From NCBI GenBank assembly GCA_044892525.1, contig CM097886.1:82398001-82462000 (forward strand): a stretch of DNA of 64,000 nucleotides, read 5' to 3'. The notes beneath the pieces were generated by a model. It was not told where the DNA came from. It did no database searches and saw only the letters and a program-made list of their open reading frames with translations. Source of the DNA: Schmidtea polychroa. Its lineage: Eukaryota. The position numbers and the translations under genes are program-made. Positions within the stretch are counted from its first letter, which is position 1. Each line of letters starts with the position of its first letter. Below, piece after piece: positions 52,725-64,000 of this stretch.

Positions 52725-52974
52725 TGAACGAACTTCATGAACAAACCAAAATAATAAAAGTTTTTCACAATTATTTTATTCTAATTTCACACAACAATAA
52801 TTTTACACTTCCGATTTTATTTGCAAAATCATAAATATCTTAACAAATATTCATAATTTCTTTTTTTAATTAGGGTTCTAAAAAATAAACAAACCCTCAT
52901 ATGGGAGGGAACAACCATGGAGGCTGGTAATTGCGATGGTTCTAAAAATAGAATTTATTGTGTTATACTTTTTA

Positions 52975-53280
52975 AAATCTTATGATAATGGCAGCAACAT
53001 ATAGGGAAAATAATCCGGTATTCAAGCACGACTTCCAAAGATGAACCCGCGAGCATTCTATGTGCCTTGCAGCAATTACAGTATTGTTTGAGATTCAAAC
53101 TCTTCGGTATCGACTAGCATCTTCTTTGGGTACTTTGCAGCGAAAGTATTCATTTTTTTCGGCCGTTAACTTCTGGATAGAATGCGTTGAAAGTGTTCTG
53201 CTACATTACTGTAAAATATCCATCAGACATTCGCTTGGAAAGCAAAATTTCAAGTATTAAAGAGCTTCGATTTCCAACTA
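52975..53280 (+). pseudogene. hAT transposase fragment (ZMYM1/DUF4371-like group)
   Basis: SYDNGSNI*GK*SGIQARLPKMNPRAFYVPCSNYS matches the YDNGxNMxG...VQA...NPxAxxxPC motif. Confidence 0.7.
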
Positions 53281-53359
53281 GGACATCTACACAGCACTAT
53301 TAAGCCTTCGCAATACTTACAAAGGTAAAAATTCTATAGCATCAATTTCTTTATTTGTC

Positions 53360-55150
53360 AAAATTTACCGTATGCTGACTTTGCTTGGGTGCATGAAAAT
53401 CTGAATGATGTGCTATTGAATGTATGAATGAGAATATTGAAAACCTTTTATGTGGCTATACTATGAAGGTTAATATTGATATTCCTGAATGTCTGCATAA
53501 TTTTTTTAATGATTTTCCTATCGCTACGGAAAAGATGTGTCCATCGAACTCCAAAGTTGAGAAGCTGATGGTCACGAATTTGCCCAAGAAGAACCATGTT
53601 CTTCATTGGATGCTTATTAAACTTTATCTTTCATTCGGTGCGAAGGTTGTTAAAATTGATCGTGCAATTAAATTTAAACAAGTACCTATATTTAAGGCAT
53701 ATGTAACGTTCAGGATGTATTTTTAGCTATTGTTATTTTGTTAGTATTATCGTATTTGTATATCCCTATTTATTTATATAGTAGTATTTATATGATTTGT
53801 GATTGGGTGTAGAGATCTGAAGAGCCCGAAAGAGTCACCGTTAAAAAATGTGGCGGGACAATTGGGGTGCGTGTTGTGTAGAAAAGGTATAAAATAACAG
53901 TTAAATAAAATTACAAATTTTATTAACCAAAAAAATAAATAATACTTCAGAAAATCGTCAGGTGGCTATGATTAGACTGTTATTTGCAATATATATGATA
54001 TCAGGATTTGGCAGAGTAATTGACTGCGAAGATCCAACACAAATATCGAATTTATCTATATAATAGAGGGGGAGGATTCGATAAAGAATTTTGAGCTTGA
54101 AATTTCTTCGATTAATTTTCGGATGAATTCGCTTAGTGTCAAAAATATACCTATCACACGACCTCTTTCTTTAACTTTGAAGTTCCTGATTTCTAAAATA
54201 TTGTACTGATAGATTAACTAGTAGAGTTATATGGTATCTTTTTCTTTTGTAGTAATCTTGTGAATGGCTTTTTAATAGGTGCTTGGCAGGACTTCCGACT
54301 GTAAATATTCTATTTTTCTTATCTTTGAATTGCTAATTCTTATTATCGATTTTTTAGTATTTTGTTCAATATTTATAGAGCGATAATTTACTATGGTAAA
54401 TTATCGCTATATAGTCTCTTTATTCCATTTCCGCGACATACGCTAGACGAAATAGACAGACATCACGTACCCTTACTTAGAAATAAAAAAGAATATGACT
54501 GTACATTACAGCATATATAAATAAAAACACCGAATTAAGACCACAATCGACAAAAGAGTCATATAGAGACTTGTTTAAGTTGTATAACAGCAGTTTATAT
54601 AGTAAATCCACTGAGAATCTGAAAAGACATATAAATTTGAGGCTATCCAATTCAGCTGAAAAGATAATTGTATATGTCTCAAAACCGACTTTCAGAAAAT
54701 CCATCAGAATTAATGATGATCTGATTGCTGCTCATCTAAATAAGGGTTTGATATGTTTTGACAGACATAGTTACATCGGTCAATCAGTACTATATCTGTC
54801 TAAACTGCGGATGTATCATTTCCAATAAAACTAATTGTCGAAATAAAGGGATGAATTTAATTGTGAAATTAACATTGTTGTGGGCGACACAGACTACTTT
54901 TATTTTGAGATTAAGTTCTGTAAAATTGACACTCTTTTGCTGGCAATGCTCAGAGACAGCTTTATAGATACCTCTAATTACGAACCTGCTCACCTTTCAT
55001 ATTAAAGGAGTTTTGATTCGGCTATAGGAAAATTTAAAAATGAAAGTAAGAGGCTAGGTTATAGTGAATGGGTTTTCTTACACCAAAAGTGTTATAGTCT
55101 TTAAGGCAATAAACCAACACTAAGGGCTAAGAGAGTTAAATTACCAGGAA
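53360..55150 (+). pseudogene. Protein-primed DNA polymerase B, Polinton type, copy 2 (C-terminal half), split by a solo LTR
   Basis: QNLPYADFAW...KVEKLMVT...FKAY|INKNTELR...KLYNSSLYSKSTENL...YIGQSVLYLSKLRMY...VGDTD is colinear with copy 1 but clearly diverged. Confidence 0.85.
53702..54510. mobile_element. 809-bp solo LTR inserted in pPolB copy 2
   Basis: TGTAA...TTACA termini and 5-bp TSD GCATA (53697-53701 and 54511-54515). Removal restores the frame FKAYINKN. Confidence 0.9.
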
Positions 55151-56906
55151 GAGAGATTGGGTACTAGTCATATTTAGATTGCTACAATCGATTTTAGAGA
55201 CGCGTAACCATCCGCTTTTTAAAAAAATGCTAAAATCGATTGTCTATCAACGACGACAAGCAACATGGGGGAGGGGAAATACTTATTTCGCCTTTGGGCA
55301 TTATTTCAATATATTTTGTAAAAAACCAAAAAAGACTTTTAATGCGTTGATTTTTATTTGTTGATTATTGAAACATTTTTTTATTGCTTCAAAGTTTAAA
55401 TACCTTTTTATTCGGTGATTATATTGATTTTTAAAGAATTTTTATAAAAATTTCCAAAGTTAAAATATTTTTGTATTTTTGAAAATATGATTAACTTGTC
55501 ATTCTTGCGGAAAATGTTGTATTATTGTANNNNNNNNNNNNNNNNNNNNNNNNNNNNNNNNNNNNNNNNNNNNNNNNNNNNNNNNNNNNNNNNNNNNNNN
55601 NNNNNNNNNNNNNNNNNNNNNNNNNNNNNNNNNNNNNNNNNNNNNNNNNNNNNNNNNNNNNNNNNNNNNNNNNNNTCTATTAGCTTCTCTGTACGAGTGA
55701 CCAAGTATTGGAGGCTATTGAGGATTTCATTGTTCTGGTTATGACTCACCAACTCATTTAATAAATTAATATAAAATTTTATTTGATACATTTTATGATA
55801 AAGTTTTGAAATGTTGGATAATTTATAACACATTTAGACAATCAAAATCGGAATAAATACAAGAGACATTTGCAATACATATACATGATTAATAAAGACA
55901 TGTGCAATGTTAATACATAATTAACAATTGCATGGTTAATACAATTTGTTGATTAAGAGTATACCTGCGCGGTTATATACATTTTGAGTTAACCGTCCAT
56001 AAAACGTTTAAAATGAGCCTTGCAATAAACATTTGAGTACCCTAAATAAAAATTCCTTTGAAATGAGTCATTGACCACCGAAATACTGTGTTAGGACTAT
56101 CAATAATCAATTTTGAGTTAGTAGTCCCTACTTTTAAAGTCGATTTGACCTGCATAATTTTTATAAAAAATTTATAATCTTAAAAGTTTTTGAACTATCT
56201 CATATTTATTACCCATTTCACATCTACATGCGTACAGTTAGTTTATCTACTCCCAAAGTATGTATGTATATATAAAAATATATAGTATTTATTTGATCCA
56301 GTGGCGGCTTGTTTTTAAAGTTGATTTAATTAAACTGTATTATGTACGTGTATTTGACCTACTTATTTATTAATAAAACTATATAGATTATATGTGTGTA
56401 TTTATTAAAACTATATAGAATATGTATTTGACGAACTTAATTTTTGATTTGACCTACTTGATCCAGCGGTGGCCTGTTTTTAAAGTCGATTTGATCTACA
56501 AAAAACTCTGAAAAAAATTCTTGAAAATAGCTTAAAAATCGCGAAAAATAATAAAAACTAAAAAAATATAAGGAAAAATGATGAAAAATGAAAAAATGTA
56601 TTTGAGCTACATAAAATAATTGGTGACTTACAAAAAAATACTAGGAATTTAAAAAAAATTGTCTTACCCTTACGGGATCCAGCTGTGGCCAATCCATCTA
56701 CTTAAATATTTATACAAATTAGGTCATTTGTTTAAAAAATGAAAGTATAATATTTTTTCAGTCGATCTTTTGTTGACAAATAATTTTAAAATTAATAATT
56801 TTGCATAATTTATTAAATTTGTATCAACCACATTCAAAGTTCCACCGATATAATGATAACACAACCCAATAAAGTGTATTAGTTCATTTATAATATGATG
56901 TAAAAA

Positions 56907-59900
56907 TTATTCTTTTTTTGACACTTTCTCAAATTTGATGAGTTCAATGATTTCTTCCACTTTTTCAGCCAGCTCACTATTGGAAAATCCGTGAAAGAAA
57001 TATAATACCAAACCTAAATCATATAAAAAAAATTATTATTTTTTTAAGAGACTTTTTTATTTAAATTTATTTTGAAGAATTAATTTTTGCTTTACTAATT
57101 TCGAGATACTCTCATATCTCTTGTGGGCAAAATAGCTCAAGTCATTTTATAATGGACAAATCTAAATTATTTCATTTGTAACGCAAATCGCTTGGCCTCC
57201 AATGCTTTGAAGAAACAAATTATTCAAATGTTTGGGTATTAATTTCAGTATGGAAAAACAAAAAAAATATTCAAGATGGCTCAATCAGCGGAAATAAGAG
57301 CATTATGAAAAGCGAACAGTGAAAATGTACACATAAAAAATTTGATTTTTTTAATAAATTTATTAAATTTAACTATTAATTGATTGCTTTATTGGATGAT
57401 AAAATAAAATTTATAACATTGTTCATATTTTAGAAATTTTATTTTAAAATTTAATATGGTAATTAATAAAATAATAGTTAGATTTGTGTAAATCAGGCAT
57501 GCTCAACTTGTATTGATCTGAGGTCCGGTTGTTAATTTTGGGATGTTGTCAAGGGCCGGAGCAAACTTAAGGATAGTTACAGAAAACCTACATGACATTG
57601 TGGCTCATATTAATCACTAATTTTAGGACTGTAGTTAAACATAAGGAGTGGTATTTGGCCCACATCAAATACTTACTACAGATACACTGCTGCAGGACAG
57701 TTGGCAAGCAAATACAAACCAGATGTGATTTTGATGGCCTGACTAATCACAGCAAGACTTTTAATGATAATATTCTTGTTGGTCAACGAAGGGCCTGTAT
57801 ACTTGCTATTCATTCTAGCTGCCAAAGGGCTGGATAAAAACAGTTGGCAGGCCGTAAGTTGAGCATGCCTGGTGTAAATGAAAGTATTTGAGGAATATCA
57901 ATCATACATAATAAATGGAAAACAATAATAAATTTAATGAAAAATCAAGAATTCCATTTAAACAGAATTCACTTAACACCCTAATAATAAACCTAAAAAT
58001 AAAATGAAATGAAACAAAATCAAGAAGTAATACATGAAGTCAACTCAAACACAACATAGATACATAACAGAAGTAAGCAAATTTGAATTAATGGCGATAT
58101 TAAAATACGGATATCATCAAATAAAAAGATTCCAAATTACAGATATATTAAGTTATAATAAGAAATAGATAACAAGAAGTTTGCAGATTTAGACTGTAAG
58201 TCGCGAGATGCATTTATAAAGGGCTGAATTGTGAAATTATATTCATGTTTAACAATACGTATATTACATTTATACCAAATAAAAATTACAAAAACACATA
58301 CTTAGAACAATAATTATTATTAAAAATTCTCTCTTCTTAGCGCCTTCACAGCCCATCTTTGCACATAAAGAAAACACCCGGAACAATTAGCTGCAGTAAT
58401 ATAATCACACCCAGCCAATATCGCAGCTTCCAATTCGGAGGGAGTATTATTCATTTTAACATACAATTTCCATTTCGATAAAAAATGTTCAATTGGATTC
58501 AGTTGCGGGCTATGAAGAGGGAGAAATAACAAACTATACCCCTAACGCATGAACACCTTGCACTTTATCAAAAGACATATTATTCATGAAGATTGTAAAA
58601 TTGCGAAGCGCCGATTCATCCAATTTAGTAAGAAGTCGTGTTAGAAATTCAATTAATAGTATCCCATTATAAGCCGTATCTTTTGATTCATGGTAAATTA
58701 CTCTACTTTTCGATATTTCCGCGCATAATGAAACATTTTTTTGATCGGATTGTTCGTATTGATTTCCGTGCAGGTATACCTATAGAGCTTCTACCATAAG
58801 CTACCCGCATAGAAAAATTCACTCAAAACTCATCAACAAAAATACATTGTTCTTCATTCAGAAGCAAGTAATACTTTGCATATTCAAACCGCTTTTCAAT
58901 ATTAACCCTTAATTGTCCTTTCGATTGTAGAAACTGAAATATTTAATCCCAAATCGAATGAAAAGCATCGTTGCAATGACTTTAATGTAATAGAAACATT
59001 CTCGTCGATTTTTGTCTGTATAAACCTACAAATATCTTTTAGTCGCATCGGTTCTTCCAATTTTGATGGACGTTTTTATTACGCTCCTTAGAGCTTCGTA
59101 TTTTAATTCCAACTCATCTGACATAATTGCATACGACTTCCCTGTCTCGTATTTAGAAATGATTTTTCATCGCGTTTCGTTTAGAATTTGCTTCTTCGTC
59201 TTAGTCTGATTTTTCATGGATTTAACAAATTACATTTATATTACAAACATAGATTATTCTAAAAAAGGTGATATACCTAGCAATTTATATCATTATTCTT
59301 TTTGACATTGCATAAAAAATACTAGTATTAATTTTTTTTATTTAATTTTTTTATGTGAGAATCGCAGTATATCTATATATTCATTCAAAACCTATTGCAT
59401 TTCGGCATTTTAACCCAAAAAATTAGATGATTAATAATTTTGTTAATTAATTTTTATTAATGAACATGTTAACTAATTTTAAGGAAGTAGTATTTAATTT
59501 ATTACTTACCAAATGAAAGACATACGGAATATCGTAACCAAGTTTCAATTGGAAAATAAACAATAATTGATATATTTAAAATTATTGCTATAACTGGTGC
59601 CAGTGGCATTAAAGGAGTCTGAAAATAAATGTGATTCTTTCTTATACATAAAATTGAAATGTTACCGTAAATCCTTCAGTGAAACAATGAGGTTCATATA
59701 ATGAAAGAATAATCACCATTAACAATACTACTAAGGACGAAAATACGCAAACAATTATACCAAAAATTTCCCACTTTGGATAAATGTAGAGAAATGTATA
59801 TCCAAATAAAATAGTCGATATTATGAAGCACAACAAAGCCGCTTTAAAGATATTCTGATTGGCTAGAAAAGCGCAAGTGCTAACTCTCATTTTCATTGGA

Positions 59901-61171
59901 ACATCATTTTCCATTAAACTTTTGTCGGCATCAGTTTCATGAAGATATCGTAAAATGAGTAAATTAATCCCAATTGCAATGAAAGAAATAATAATCCCGA
60001 TTGAAGTAACATCATCCAATATTTCAATTTTGATAAACATTGTCAAAGTACAAGAGAATAATATTCCGGTTATTAGTGCTGAAATTGGAATTTTAGATTT
60101 GTCGTGGATTTTGGCTAGAAATTTAAACAGGAGTCCATCTTTTGCCATTGCGTAAATGATTCTCGGGATAATGTACATTAAAGTAAAATTCGTTGCTATT
60201 GTTGATAAAATTGTACCTATTATTGTCACACATTTCAAAGCCGGCAGGTTCTTTTCAATAAATGCTGTTATAAATGGTGACTTTGCATCAATCTGAAGTC
60301 TAGGAACCAAATAAGGCAATCCAGTTGAAATTGAAAAATATAACATAATAATTAAACCTATCGATGTCAACATTGCCGTTGGAATACTTTTCTTTGGATC
60401 TTTAGTTTCCTCAGCTATGTTTGCCAGGCTTTCAAATCCTGCATAAGTAAATAGAACAATTCCAGCTCCTTTGAAAACTGATAAAAACCCAAAAGGTAGA
60501 TAACCTCCATCGGCAAGATAGTTCTTACTACTTCCAAAAACAAAGCAAGATATTATTATTGTCGTTAAAAACACAATCTGAGACATTGCTAAAATACAAT
60601 TAATATTCATTGAGATGCTGACACCTGTCAAACTAAATGAAAATATTAATAATATTAACAAAACCGCCAGTAGATCAATTGATGAATCCCAAATAGTACT
60701 ATCTTTTGAAAGAGGAAGATGTTGTAAAGTCCAATTTCCAACTGTACCATTGACAATTGAATTAATAGCTGCACTGAATCCTTTAGCGATACCCGCTAAA
60801 GCTATTACGTACTTCATCAGAACTGTCCAGCCAATGATAAATGCCGGAAGTTCGCCCATCATCAAATATGTGTACGTATAAGATGAGCCAGCTTTGGGAA
60901 TTAGCGTGGAAAACTCACAATAGCATAAACCAGTAAAGATTGAAATGAATCCACTTAATAAAAATGATAAATTAGTTGCTGGTCCCACTTTGTCTTTAAT
61001 AATTATTCCAGTTAATATATAAATTCCAACACCAATCATGCGTGAAATTCCATAGAAGATCAATTGATACGTTGAAAGGCATCGATGTAGATTTGTATCC
61101 AATGTTTGCAGTTGGGAAAAATGTTGTTTCCTAAACAATAATTTGAAATAATCTTTAATAATGGAGCACAT
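56907..61171 (-). CDS. Cationic amino-acid transporter (SLC7/CAT family), paralogue 3, 3 exons
   Basis: Exons 61171-59666, 59618-59510 and 57013-56907 (GLVLYFFHGFSNSELAEKVEE). Introns of 47 nt and ~2.5 kb at the same positions as in paralogue 2. Confidence 0.9.
57494..57871. mobile_element. 378-bp hAT (Buster/Charlie) MITE
   Basis: Perfect 16-bp TIR CAGGCATGCTCAACTT / AAGTTGAGCATGCCTG and perfect 8-bp TSD GTGTAAAT. Confidence 0.95.
58320..59220 (-). pseudogene. IS630/Tc1-superfamily transposase remnant
   Basis: CIFVDEFGVNF...GRS..G and LFLPLHSPQLNPIEHFLSKWK, with stops and frameshifts. Lies in transporter intron 2. Confidence 0.8.
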
Positions 61172-62071
61172 TGAAATTATGATTGTCTTTTTTCCTTTCG
61201 TAATTATGGCCTAAAATGAAGGTATTATTTACAGAGAATATATTTTTACTGCTCTGTGAAATTTATTTATAGTAATTGCGTAGTAAAACTTGTTGATTTC
61301 CACACCACATGTCAGTTAAAAAATAAATTTGAACATGGTTTTGTTTACCACTTTATGTTCTTATGATATGCATAATAATTTTCGATTCATTCATTTCAAT
61401 AAACTTTCTGCCTCTTTGGGAACAGAATTTCCATTTTCAAAAATTCAAAAGTTTCACACTCACTTTAAAATGTGCACAAATTTTGTTTATTTATTGGTTT
61501 TATATTAAGAGTTTAAGTTTTGATAACAAATGTTTAATCAAATCAAAATAAAGTAGTGAAAATTTATATAACCGTAAATTGTTTTCGAATTTTGCTTCAT
61601 CAAAGGTTTTCCGCCCAAATCAACCATGAATAGGATTAGGACTCACTTTTCAAGTCAGGTTTTGTTTACTTACAAAATTGTAAATTAATTATTACAAAAT
61701 GCCAATAGAACATCACTTACGTGGTACGTTCAATAAATACCAGGACTAGGTGTCAAAGGAAACCAACAAGAAAGGTATATTTTAGCATTAGAACAAAAAG
61801 AGTTTAACCCTTTAAGATAGAATGTATTTAAAAATATTATTATATGCTCTTATATTTGTGGTATGTTGAAATTGTATTGGTCGAAATATTATTTATATTT
61901 AGTTAAAATTCTTCACATATATTATATTGGAAAATTGCTTTTGTTTTAATATTATATTTTTGAAACAACTTATGAATAAAGTTAAATCTTCTTCTAATAA
62001 TGTATATATGGTTTATTTTTCAATATAAAATCCAATTTGTTCCATAGACTACAACCAGCAATGCAAGAGTT

Positions 62072-62520
62072 CTAAAATGCATTTTTGAAGAAAATTGAGC
62101 TTTGATTTTTCAAGAAAAGTTCCACATCCTGTTGCAAATCTGCAGTATTTTGGTAGATTTTCCTACGTAAATGTTTTGTCACACGCCTGAATAAATAAAA
62201 GTCACTGAGCGTAAAATTGGAACTATAAAAATGATGACCTAAAAGAACAAATCTATTTTTCTCAATCACAGCCATTGTTTCATCACTTTTGTGGATTGGG
62301 GCGTTGTCTTGGAGGAACCATTGATGAAGACAATGTGGCTTTCAGTGAAAACATCTGTATGTGTTCATGAGGTTGCAGTAGTACGTGGGATTAATTCGCA
62401 GACCATTTTCAGCGAAATCGGTACAGATTATATTACTTTGACCACAAAGAAATATCAAAGTAAATATCAATGATTTTTGATGACAAGTTCAAGATCTCGT
62501 CTTCCTTGAACATGTTTCTC
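62072..62520 (-). pseudogene. Mariner-type transposase C-terminal remnant
   Basis: FLQDNAPIHKS...LGHHFYSSNFTLSDFYLFR matches mariner DNARPH...HPPYSPDLAPSDYHLFR. Confidence 0.75.
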
Positions 62521-62944
62521 CGGGGAATTTCCTTTCGCTAGTTTCACATTTTGTCTCAGAAATATACAGATATAAAAGTATTTCATATAAGATTATATAT
62601 ATTTCAATTATAGTTGAAAATGTTTTCATTTTTATTAAATATATAAATCGCAGCAAAAGGCTTAAGTTATCATTTAATTGGTTAATATTATTATCATTAT
62701 TAAACGATTAAATATAAGGACATATAAGGTTAAATAATTATGAATTTGTTGTTGATGACGGATAAATTAATGAAAACGATGAAAATGTTGACCCAGATAT
62801 TGTTGAAAATTATGTAGATGACAGAAAAATTGATTAAGACGAGCTTATAGACATAGATGATGTCTTGTTATCAGACTATGATGAGGGCTTTTATTAAATA
62901 AACGATGTATTATAGTTTTGTTTTCTTTTATATCTATTTAAGTG

Positions 62945-63230
62945 TTTATTGGTACTTAGTTGTTAGTTGAATTATTATTATTATTATTCCCAAAAAATTA
63001 TTTCATTCAAATTTGCATAAAAAAGTATTTTTGAAAATTATCACATTAAAATTTGCTGCAAATTTTACCTTTGAAAATTATTACATAAAAATTTACATTA
63101 AAATTATCTTTGTAAATTATTGCATTAAAAATTTTGTTTTTTAATTTCTCAGAAGACATCGATTCTTTAAAATATGATACATTAATTTTAAATTATTACT
63201 TTAATTTACTTTAATTTAAATTTTTATGCA
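62945..63230 (+). repeat. Fragment related to the subterminal region of the Polinton-like element
   Basis: ggtacttagttgttagttgaattattattatt followed by AT-rich aaaatt blocks and tactttaatttactttaatttaaattt parallels 37680-37930 and 39070-39430. Confidence 0.5.
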
Positions 63231-63559
63231 CAGATAAGTTTGTGTGTGTCGTTAATCTAACTTTATTGATTTTTTTAGATTATACATTTTTTCATTGAAA
63301 TTGAATAAAAGTTTCTATACACAGAACATCATCGTGGACAGAATAATTGTTTATTATAATTTTGTACATAACCTCAATTTTGAAATTACTTTTTTGATGA
63401 CCCACAATTTCATTAACCATCTAACTACCCCGTTGCAATTGATCCTGATATAATGAATGATCATCAAGAATGTGAATTTCAGGGCCAAATTCGATTTTAT
63501 GCCGTTGTGCAAAAGTTACTTTCCCAGGAAATCCAAAAAATGTATAAAATTTTTGGAAA

Positions 63560-63815
63560 TTTTAAATTTAAGACCTCCAACAGATGTCCAACATAGTTTT
63601 TAAAATTTAATTTTTATTTTTGATCCAAACTTAAGACATCCATAGATTCCTTGACCTGCTTTATCCGAAACGTTATCAAAACATATGAATTGTTTTTTGC
63701 ATTGAAAATCCGATTCAGTAAATTTTATTTATTAAATTATTTATGTTGTTTGTTCCCTATGAAAGGAATCTGGAGCTGCATCGATAATAACAGAAAAATA
63801 TTACTTTTGCCTTTG
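63560..63815 (-). pseudogene. hAT transposase fragment (ZMYM1/DUF4371-like)
   Basis: YFSVIIDAAPDSFHREQTT matches the YFSIIVDCTPDxSHxEQ motif around the first catalytic Asp. Confidence 0.55.
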
Positions 63816-64000
63816 ATTTACCTTTGATTTTTACTAAAGGTCAATCATTTTAAAAAATATAGGGATATCTTTTAACTTATAATGTTGGTTTTACTAATTT
63901 CACTTTATTCAGAAGTTGTTTCAAAAATATATTAAAATGAAAACAATTTTCAAATATAATGTGTGGAGAATTTAACTAAATATAAATAATATTCCGAGCA

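Noticed and set aside
4681-55833. ORFs containing X runs (at 4.7, 17.2-17.8, 41.0, 43.2, 52.3 and 55.5 kb)
   Set aside because: They are open only because they cross N gaps.
16033-60881. Short antisense ORFs over the transporter genes (e.g. 16033-16329, 16747-17055, 20641-20823, 59955-60155, 60615-60881) and over TOP3A
   Set aside because: Shadow frames of real coding sequence.
61805-61815. TTAACCCTTT, a possible piggyBac left terminus
   Set aside because: No matching right end or transposase found downstream.

Overview
Very AT-rich eukaryotic (animal-like) genomic DNA with several assembly gaps and 45-110 nt spliceosomal introns; I cannot determine the species. The intact host genes I can reconstruct are an 8-exon DNA topoisomerase III alpha (1621-12801, minus) and three paralogous SLC7/CAT cationic amino-acid transporters. 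Almost everything else is nested, decayed mobile DNA: several hAT elements, Tc1/mariner and MULE remnants, a Gypsy LTR element, solo LTRs (one amplified as a tandem array in (AAT)n) and several long foldback palindromes. The most notable structure is a Polinton/Maverick-like cluster with four parts. (i) A 9.6-kb element (30965-40591) with ~1.1-1.2-kb TIRs, AGTAG...CTACT ends and a 6-bp TSD, carrying no recognisable polymerase, integrase or capsid gene, only an orphan CxxC/coiled-coil ORF. (ii) Two decayed protein-primed DNA polymerase B genes (45.7-48.2 kb and 53.4-55.2 kb). (iii) A second, diverged copy of the orphan ORF between the two polymerases. (iv) A 192-bp palindromic mini-element with AGTAGT ends and a 6-bp TSD that looks like a Polinton-mobilised MITE. 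All coordinates were read by hand, so ends of degenerate features are approximate.
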